A DNA stretch of 32,000 nucleotides from Nitrosospira multiformis ATCC 25196 (GTDB lineage Bacteria; Pseudomonadota; Gammaproteobacteria; Burkholderiales; Nitrosomonadaceae). Where the stretch lies: NCBI RefSeq assembly GCF_000196355.1, contig NC_007614.1, positions 1,350,001 through 1,382,000 on the forward strand, written 5' to 3'. The translations under genes and the position numbers were made by a program. Shown here in pieces: positions 25,885 through 32,000 of this stretch (position 1 is the first letter of the stretch; every line of letters begins with the position of its first letter). Under the pieces are notes generated by a model. That model saw only the letters and a program-made list of their open reading frames with translations. It made no database searches and had not been told where the DNA came from.

Positions 25885-26307
25885 GTGGGACCGATTGGGC
25901 GTTATCCAGGAAGAAAGGTACCCTTGCAAATCGCGTTTCTCCTCTATCCTGGCGTGACTGCCTTGGACGTGGTTGGCTCCTGGGAGGTATTGTCTCGCAT
26001 GCCCGATACCGAGATACGGTTTGTCGGTAAAGAAGCGGGGCCGGTCATGAGCGAGGGCGACGCCTTACTCCTCGGTGCCGCATACACTTTGACGGAGACT
26101 CTCTCACCTGACATTGTAGTGGTCCCGGGTGGATTGACCACTCCCAGGCAAATGGTCGACGATGAGGTGCTCGCCTGGCTTCGCAAGGTTCATCAGACTA
26201 CCATCTGGACGATTTCGGTCTGCACGGGCGCGCTGATCCTGGCCTGGACCATCGCATGCCTGTCGACCAGCGTAGACTCATTCCCAAAATTGCCTGGCGG
26301 CGCATGA
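25885..26307 (+). pseudogene. DJ-1/PfpI-family protein, 3'-truncated (homology ends just after the nucleophile-elbow Cys)
   Basis: IAFLLYPGVTALDVVG...IVVVPGG...TIWTISVCTGALILA is typical DJ-1/PfpI up to the SVCTGA elbow (Cys codon 26221-26223). From about 26245 the frame reads WTIACLSTSVDSFPKLPGGA-stop. This has no family similarity and roughly 70 expected C-terminal residues are missing. The likely native start is TTG 25924 (LQIAFLLYPG) rather than GTG 25885. Confidence 0.6.
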
Positions 26308-26561
26308 TCGACCTCCTTCGCACCCGGCAATAACTCCAACCCTCGATGCGCTGGAATGACCCGCTACACTCGATTTCAAATCAAGACTGATTTCAGTTGA
26401 ATAGTATGAGTGCAGGGTAATTGACTCTTGAAGGGCTAGGCTTGGGTTACTGCTCTTGACAGGTGCCCGTAATCAATCGTTTATCCACGCAAGTGCCGGG
26501 TAAATTTATCTTTTCGGCAGAATGAGCAATAATAGTCATTCAACCCCTTTAAAGGCTGCGT

Positions 26562-26768
26562 ATGCGTTTGATTATTGCTTTTCTCCTCCCTTGGCTAACC
26601 TTCTTCACAATTGGCCGGCCCATTACGGGCGTTATCTGTTTGCTTCTGCAAATAACGCTTATCGGCTGGATTCCTGCGACGATTTGGGCAGTGTACGCAT
26701 TGAGCCAGTATAAGACGGATCAAAAAATCGAAAAGGCTCTCAATCAAAGACGTGCAGAACCTCCGTAA
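26562..26768 (+). CDS. Small two-TM membrane protein (YqaE/Pmp3-like topology), function unknown
   Basis: 68 aa: MRLIIAFLLPWLTFFTIGRPITGVICLLLQITLIGWIPATIWAVYALSQYKTDQKIEKALNQRRAEPP. It has two hydrophobic helices and a charged tail. The resemblance to Pmp3/YqaE proteolipids is in size and topology only. Confidence 0.55.
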   Translation: MRLIIAFLLPWLTFFTIGRPITGVICLLLQITLIGWIPATIWAVYALSQYKTDQKIEKALNQRRAEPP

Positions 26769-26982
26769 GAGGTGATAACACGATTAGCTCTTTATCAAGC
26801 GTCAATTGTAATCAGGTCAGACAGGGAGTTCAGCTAAGGTTACATGACCTTAGGGCGAAGATGAGACAGCACTCTCTGGAAAATGTAAATGTCGCGGTCA
26901 TGCTGAGAGGTGATGAGTGACTTTAACGACCCTCATCCTTTCCTACTCATCTGGTAATAATTGCCACTGCATGGCGGGGGGA

Positions 26983-27001
26983 GCCGTCCGATCGGGACGG
27001 C
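26983..27001 (-). terminator. GC-rich hairpin 19 nt downstream of the PEP-CTERM gene stop (possible terminator, no U-tract)
   Basis: GCCGTCC-GATCG-GGACGGC gives a 7-bp stem and 5-nt loop. Neither strand has a T-run after it, so intrinsic-terminator status is doubtful. Confidence 0.3.
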
Positions 27002-27019
27002 AACATCCGGCAGGGGAGA

Positions 27020-27826
27020 TTAATGCATACCTCTTCGGCGCATCATTGCGCCCATCAACCCAAGGCCTGCCAACAACATTGCATAAACTTCAGGTTCGGG
27101 AACCACGCCTGCCACTAGAGTTGCGGTAACGCCATACTTTGTCGAGAGGTCGGGATTGTTGGCTTCCTGGGCAAAATAGTCCGTGCCGCCGACGAACACC
27201 GAGTAGTCGCCCGCCTTGAGATTCATGAATGTATGCGAAACCTTGCCGTCGGGCGTACCGTCGGAGCCGAAGCCGGTACCATCATAGGCATGACCGATAT
27301 ACTTGAAGAAGCTCAGGCTTGCCGGAATGGGAGTTCCGTTCAAATCGCCCGGATCGTTACCGATTGACCAATCCGCCAAAGCTTTGAATGATCCCTCTGT
27401 ACCGGGGTCACGATTGGCAATCGATATTTCGGCAGAATCGTAATCTGCCTTCACCGGAGCCAGGTGCGCCAGGCCCTCGTAGAGGGAGAAACCAGGTTTC
27501 AAGCCCAACCGGGAAGTCGAGACATTCCCCAAATGATCAGTCACTTGGGAAGTTGCCTGTTCGAATGTGAGTGTAACGTTCGTTTCCTCAGCAAGGGTAA
27601 AACGATAGGGGCGCAGTTTGTGGCTATCGCCATTGTCGGAGTCGGTCCCGTCGATCCAGCCGTAATTACCCGTAACCGCCTGATTGGATAACGTTGTCCT
27701 GCTATAGGTGTTGTCGAATGTGCCGAAATTGCGCTCCGTATAACCCACATGCGCCATCGCGGGCAGCGAGATGATAGCGGTGACAGTGGCTGCGACAACA
27801 GGCAGATACCTGAATGCTTTTTTCAT
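27020..27826 (-). CDS. PEP-CTERM sorting-domain protein (secreted, exosortase substrate), function unknown
   Basis: The signal peptide MKKAFRYLPVVAATVTAIISLPAMA is followed by HVGYTERNFG. The C-terminus is VVPEP-EVYAMLLAGLGLMGAMM-RRRGMH, which is PEP motif, TM helix and Arg cluster (nt about 27023-27106). The body is Gly/Asp/Thr-rich with no enzyme motif I recognise. Confidence 0.85.
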   Translation of the reverse strand: MKKAFRYLPVVAATVTAIISLPAMAHVGYTERNFGTFDNTYSRTTLSNQAVTGNYGWIDGTDSDNGDSHKLRPYRFTLAEETNVTLTFEQATSQVTDHLGNVSTSRLGLKPGFSLYEGLAHLAPVKADYDSAEISIANRDPGTEGSFKALADWSIGNDPGDLNGTPIPASLSFFKYIGHAYDGTGFGSDGTPDGKVSHTFMNLKAGDYSVFVGGTDYFAQEANNPDLSTKYGVTATLVAGVVPEPEVYAMLLAGLGLMGAMMRRRGMH

Positions 27827-27951
27827 ATTAGTCCCTCGTTGATTGTCTGTTGAAGGTAGGTGTTTTTCCGTATTTTTAACATATCGGCATATTTACATTT
27901 AAGTGCCGATACCAGGGAGTATTTATTATTCATACCGACAAATCAATGTGG

Positions 27952-27975
27952 CATATTGTCGCATGCGGCAATATG
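27952..27975. promoter_or_regulatory. 24-bp near-perfect palindrome, candidate operator upstream of the PEP-CTERM gene
   Basis: CATATTGTCGCATGCGGCAATATG matches in 11 of 12 symmetric positions. It lies about 125-150 bp upstream of the start codon at 27826 and downstream of the kinase stop. Confidence 0.35.
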
Positions 27976-28190
27976 TCGCAGTTTCCTGATGGAATGATTG
28001 ACGGGGAGCGTGGATTGGACCATAAGAAGCAATGCTATGAGGAGATATGACGTAAATAAATATAAATATGGAAGGGTGCGGGAAACCTGGCAACCTGGAG
28101 ATGCGCAGCGGGGGAATCCGTTCGGGGAGGAGAATCTTGAGGGCCGGGATGACAAGTTAATGCGGTTGCGGCACCTGAAGATATGGTTGG

Positions 28191-30314
28191 TCAGGTAGCG
28201 CTAGTGCTGGTATGGGCCAGCTTTTTTGAGCCGACCAGGTTATCGATGGCTATAATCAATGCAACGGAATCCACGGGCTTGGGCAGGTGTTTCTGGTAGC
28301 CTGCGCTCATCATTTTGGCCCTGTCCTCCGGATGGGCGAATGCCGTGAGGGCGATAGCCGGGATTGTTCCCCCATTTTCTGCCGAAAGGCTTCTCACCTC
28401 GGCGATGAACTGATACCCGTTTTTTTCGGGCATGCTGATATCGCTGATAACGATATCCGGCTTCTCGGTCTTTAAGAGTTCCAGGCCATCTGTCGCCCGT
28501 GCAGCCGTAATCACACTTGCTTCCTGCTGCGCCAGAATCCGCCTGATGAGTTCGCGTGCATCCAGTTCATCATCGACAACCAGCACTTTCAATCCCTTGA
28601 ATAACGCCTGCGGTTCGATGCATTCCTGCGGAGGGAGCGGTTCGCTTTTTGTTTCGGAAACAGGAGGAGCGACCGGCAGGTTTACGATAAAGGATGATCC
28701 TTGTCCCTCACCCGGACTTTCTGCACGCACCGTTCCACCGTGAAGTTCCACCAGTTGTTTCACAATGGCAAGACCAAGACCGAGGCCGCCGTACTGCCGC
28801 GTAAGCGAAGCGTCTCCCTGCCGGAAGCGATCAAAGACATAGGGCATGAATGCGGAAGTGATTCCCGAACCGGAGTCGCTTATCCTGATTTCGAGGAACA
28901 AGTTTCGCTGTTCTACTGTAACTTCTATTTTCCCCCCCTTGGGCGTGAATTTTATCGAATTGGAGAGCAGGTTCCAGAGTATCTGCTGGAGCCGGTTGGA
29001 ATCTCCGATGATGGAATCGAATTTTTTGCCCAGCGTTTTTTTCAGAATGACTCCTTTGGCCTGCGCTGTCGGCTTTACTGATTCGACCGCTGTCTCGACC
29101 AGGTTGGCGATATCCTGCCGCCGCATATCCAGCCTGACTTTTCCGGAGATGATGCTGCTCATGTCGAGGAGGTCTTCAATCAGCTTGTTCTGGACACGCG
29201 CATTTCGCTCGATCGTTTCCAGTCCCCGGTGGATGTCCTCTTTTTTAAGGTTTCCACTCAGGATGAGTTGGGACCATCCCAGGATTGCGTTTAACGGGGT
29301 TCTCAATTCATGAGAAAGGGTTGCCAGAAACTCGTCCTTGAGGCGGCTTGCGCGCTCAGCTTCATTTCGGGCGATTGTTTCATTCTCGAGAAGTTGCCGT
29401 TTTTCCGCATCTGCGAGGGCTAATGCTTCGCCGAGCTTGGCAACCTCATTACTCGTCGCTTTCCCATAGCGGCTGGGAAGAATGCCCCGAGTGGCTCCCG
29501 CGACCTGCCGGCCCAGATCGGCCAACGGCCGTAGTATGTTGAGCCGGGTATAAAAAATGATGCCCATGGTGGCTACCAGGGCAACGAAGATAAGCGCCAT
29601 CTCGAAGATGATCTGGCGCTCGAGTCGCGCCAGCCCGAGATTTGATTGAGTTTGCATGCGTTCACCGAATAAGTCCATGAACGCCTGAATCGGCTCCATG
29701 ACAGCGGCTTTTTCTGCAATATACTGCTCACTGAACAGAAGCTTTATCGCGAGGTCACGGTCGGGTTTGCCGCGCACGGTAAAATTGCCTTCACCGTCGT
29801 CATATAAGCCTTCCATTGCGGCAAAGGCGCGCTGCTCAAGCTTGACCAGCCTGTCGGAGCGTTCCAGCGATTGCTGCAGCAAGCCATATTCTTCATTGTT
29901 CAGGCCTTCTTGCTGAAACCTCTCCCGCAAAGGAACGGCACGCCCTTGCCTGACGACGGGAGTTTTTCCCGCCATCATCAGGTCCCAGTATGTCGGGGAA
30001 TAATTCACCGGGCGTGGATGGAGTCCGTTGCGAATATCCAGTATTTCGTTGAAATACCGCTTGTAGACCGGGTCGCCGGTGATCACATACGTGCGGGCCA
30101 TGCGTGTGAGGTCGTTGGAGGTGTGAAGCAGTTCATCCCCGAGCAGCAGCGCCTGGAACCGGTGCCGTTCCGCGATGTTGATCTCCTGGCGAATACCCAT
30201 CGAATGAAAGACGAGGGCACCGATCGCCGCAAGCAGGAGCGCAAGGGTGACATTGGAAAAACTGATAAAGTTTCTGATGTTCATAAACCCATCCCGCTGC
30301 AATTGCCCGTCCAT
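28191..30314 (-). CDS. Hybrid sensor histidine kinase / response regulator (periplasmic sensor - HisKA - HATPase_c - REC)
   Basis: 707 aa. Two TM segments (VTLALLLAAIGALVF and IIFEMALIFVALVATMGIIFY) bracket a periplasmic region of about 195 aa. The H-box is FLATLSHELRTPLNAILG. The ATPase has N and G boxes (LLSNSIKFT, DSGSGI, GGLGLGLAIVKQLVELHGG). The C-terminal receiver has KVLVVDDE...DIVISDISMPEKNG...LTA...K. No Hpt domain is present. The start could be ATG 30284 (MNIRNF) instead. Confidence 0.92.
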   Translation of the reverse strand: MDGQLQRDGFMNIRNFISFSNVTLALLLAAIGALVFHSMGIRQEINIAERHRFQALLLGDELLHTSNDLTRMARTYVITGDPVYKRYFNEILDIRNGLHPRPVNYSPTYWDLMMAGKTPVVRQGRAVPLRERFQQEGLNNEEYGLLQQSLERSDRLVKLEQRAFAAMEGLYDDGEGNFTVRGKPDRDLAIKLLFSEQYIAEKAAVMEPIQAFMDLFGERMQTQSNLGLARLERQIIFEMALIFVALVATMGIIFYTRLNILRPLADLGRQVAGATRGILPSRYGKATSNEVAKLGEALALADAEKRQLLENETIARNEAERASRLKDEFLATLSHELRTPLNAILGWSQLILSGNLKKEDIHRGLETIERNARVQNKLIEDLLDMSSIISGKVRLDMRRQDIANLVETAVESVKPTAQAKGVILKKTLGKKFDSIIGDSNRLQQILWNLLSNSIKFTPKGGKIEVTVEQRNLFLEIRISDSGSGITSAFMPYVFDRFRQGDASLTRQYGGLGLGLAIVKQLVELHGGTVRAESPGEGQGSSFIVNLPVAPPVSETKSEPLPPQECIEPQALFKGLKVLVVDDELDARELIRRILAQQEASVITAARATDGLELLKTEKPDIVISDISMPEKNGYQFIAEVRSLSAENGGTIPAIALTAFAHPEDRAKMMSAGYQKHLPKPVDSVALIIAIDNLVGSKKLAHTSTSAT

Positions 30315-30539
30315 TTTCTATCGCATCAATTGCCTGTTTTAATTTTATACGCCTGGACTCCGGAGCGCGATTTATTTACAGACTCCTGTATCGAGCCGGG
30401 GGGGATATACGGCAAGCGGCTTCCCTCCCGCTTTTCTAAAAGAAAGAACGGTAACCCGCTCTATTTCTTCATTTCCATGCAATGCTGTTGAAATGAACCG
30501 GTGTTAGATTTCCTGGTATCAATCCACAGGAGGAAAAAG

Positions 30540-31556
30540 ATGCGTTCATATCACTCCCGGCTGGTTTTTGCGATTCTGGCAATTCTGCTTAGCTTCAGTG
30601 CAGCGGTTGCCGCGCTGCATAGCATGTCCGCGAACTACAGTTCCGATGCAAGTCACAAAATGTTCGATGATTTCAACAAGGCGTTTATCAAGCACTGGAA
30701 AACGCGAACGGGTGTGGAGGTGACGATCCGCCATGCGGAAAGCAAGCCAGGCATACCTCTCCGGGCGAATATAGATGGACTCGATGTTACGTCAATTGCT
30801 CTGTCCTATGATCCGGAGATACTGCAAAAAACCAATAGATTTTCGTTACCTGACTGGCAAAAACCCCTCCCACGAAAATCACCATATACCTCAACCATTG
30901 TCTTTCTGGTGCGCAATGGCAACCCGAAGAAGGTGCGGGATTGGAATGATCTCGCGAACCCGGGTATCGAGATTGTAACTTCCAATCCAAAGACTTCGGG
31001 GGATGCACGCTGGAGTTACCTGGCCGCCTGGGGGTATGCGCTCAAACAGTCCCGAGGAAGTGATGTAACGGCGATCGAATTCATAAAAAAAATATTTGGC
31101 AACGTAAAGACTCTGGAAAACGGAACGCGCAGTTCAGTAATAACTTTCGTCGAACGCGGCAGAGGGGATGTGCTGCTGATTTGGGAAAATGAAGCCCACC
31201 TGATCGTCAAAGAGCATGGTGGAGACAAATTTGAGATCATTACCCCCTCCTTCTCAATCCTGGCCGAACCCACTGTGAACATAGTAAGTGATGCCGCCTC
31301 ACAGAATGGAACGCGTGAAGTGGCCAAGGCTTACGTCGATTATCTCTACACACTGAAGGCCCAGGAAATAGCAGCCAGACACTATTATCGCCCGCGTGAT
31401 GAGAGGATAGCCGCCAGGTATTCGAGGCAATTTCCATCTCTCGAATTGTTTACCGTCGATGAAATGTTTGGAGGCTGGAAGGAGGCTCGAAACATCCATT
31501 TTGCGGACGGCGGCATTTTCGACCGAATTCAAACGCATTCAAGCGCGTTTCACTGA
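30540..31556 (+). CDS. Sulfate/thiosulfate-binding protein family (Sbp/CysP-like) periplasmic substrate-binding protein
   Basis: From ATG 30540, with CAGGAGGA 5 nt upstream, there is a signal peptide MRSYHSRLVFAILAILLSFSAAVAA. Strong Sbp/CysP core blocks follow: PYTSTIVFLVRNGNPK, NPKTSGDARWSYLAAWGYAL, FVERGRGDVLLIWENEA, ILAEPTV, YYRPRD, FGGW. The N-terminal roughly 60 mature residues look divergent from canonical Sbp. The listed 30501 start is a GTG extension. Confidence 0.85.
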   Translation: MRSYHSRLVFAILAILLSFSAAVAALHSMSANYSSDASHKMFDDFNKAFIKHWKTRTGVEVTIRHAESKPGIPLRANIDGLDVTSIALSYDPEILQKTNRFSLPDWQKPLPRKSPYTSTIVFLVRNGNPKKVRDWNDLANPGIEIVTSNPKTSGDARWSYLAAWGYALKQSRGSDVTAIEFIKKIFGNVKTLENGTRSSVITFVERGRGDVLLIWENEAHLIVKEHGGDKFEIITPSFSILAEPTVNIVSDAASQNGTREVAKAYVDYLYTLKAQEIAARHYYRPRDERIAARYSRQFPSLELFTVDEMFGGWKEARNIHFADGGIFDRIQTHSSAFH

Positions 31557-31740
31557 AATTGCAGCCGCCTGTCAGTATGGGAGTATTTCCAACTGACATT
31601 CATGCCTACCACAATCTTCTGCAAAAATTCCTCCTATCTTTCCGACTGTAATTTCCCCTCTTTCAAACCCGCAGCTTCGTCGAAATAATTCTTCCGGGTT
31701 TCTCACCTTTTTCTTTGTTGCTGACTGCTTTTTGCTTCAA

Positions 31741-31779
31741 CCACCTTCAGCTCCTCAGTTTCCTTGAGGGGGAAGGTGG
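31741..31779. other. Compound hairpin in the ORF-free tail downstream of the Sbp-like gene
   Basis: CCACCTTC-AG-CTCCTCA-GTTTCCT-TGAGGGG-GAAGGTGG forms about 15 bp of stem with a 2-nt bulge. There is no adjacent clean U-tract. Confidence 0.3.
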
Positions 31780-32000
31780 CCGCGAGCAGGAGCAGGCTTT
31801 TTGCACAACTATGCGTTTTGCAACAGAGACTTATGGTATTCGTCGAAATGCGGCTAATTGACTTTTTCCAATTTATGTGCGCCAGCGCACTGAGCCATAA
31901 GCGATAGCGCGAGATGATTGAATCGTAGGATCGTAAGCTAAGCCGGTGTGGAGCAGGGCATGGATGGCCTTTAGCTGCGCGTCATTGGCGACCCTTAATT

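Noticed and set aside
26198-26305. 35-codon minus-strand ORF (MRRQAILGMSLRWSTGMRWSRPGSARPCRPKSSRW) with a perfect AAGGAGG-6 nt-ATG.
   Set aside because: It is not called as a gene because most of it is antisense to the DJ-1 fragment and is Arg/Trp/Ser-rich. It is interpreted instead as the orphaned start of a deleted gene (see the deletion-scar finding).
27998-28198. 66-aa ORF (53 aa from its internal ATG: MRRYDVNKYKYGRVRETWQPGDAQRGNPFGEENLEGRDDKLMRLRHLKIWLVR) between the PEP-CTERM gene and the kinase.
   Set aside because: It is hydrophilic and not obviously nonsense. However, it has no SD and no recognisable family, and it overlaps the convergent kinase 3' end. The evidence is insufficient to call it.
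1-32000. Search for CRISPR arrays, IS elements or terminal inverted repeats, integrases, toxin-antitoxin pairs, restriction-modification or other defence modules, and prophage genes.
   Set aside because: No spaced direct-repeat array, transposase or recombinase ORF, or defence-type domain (nuclease, helicase, TIR, SIR2, STAND and similar) was recognisable in any frame. The only repeats seen are the short promoter-region and 13-bp or 18-bp duplications listed above.

Overview
Chromosomal window from a Gram-negative bacterium. Two proteins carry C-terminal PEP-CTERM sorting signals, so the host should encode an exosortase, which is not in this window. A proteobacterial, possibly betaproteobacterial, origin is only a guess. 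I support about 21 protein-coding loci. Left to right: (1) the edge of a polysaccharide module, with an RgpF-like glycosyltransferase fragment, an FkbM methyltransferase and an MsbA-type ABC exporter; (2) a small 3-TM membrane protein; (3) a ku-ligD NHEJ operon, with LigD in phosphoesterase-ligase-polymerase order; (4) a minus-strand run of Crp/Fnr regulator, AsmA-family protein, YghA-like SDR, SRPBCC protein and class-I O-methyltransferase; (5) a 2905-aa cyclic beta-1,2-glucan synthase (NdvB/ChvB/Cgs family) occupying 8.7 kb; (6) a decayed second Crp/Fnr paralogue; (7) a plus-strand run of ElaB/DUF883, a PEP-CTERM-tagged GDSL esterase, DUF1840, a 3'-truncated DJ-1/PfpI gene and a small membrane protein; (8) a second PEP-CTERM protein, a hybrid histidine kinase/response regulator and a divergently transcribed Sbp/CysP-family periplasmic binding protein. 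I found no rRNA, tRNA, CRISPR array, transposase, integrase or recognisable defence system, and no convincing novel multi-gene system. The best second-look candidates are the hybrid kinase with its divergent Sbp-like protein and neighbouring PEP-CTERM protein, and the regulatory architecture around the giant glucan synthase: a 690-bp leader with a candidate uORF, flanking Crp paralogues, and a 13-bp tandem duplication that creates its stop codon. Two gene-decay scars and an exosortase-tagged lipase are also worth checking. All family assignments come from motif recognition by eye; no database search was run.
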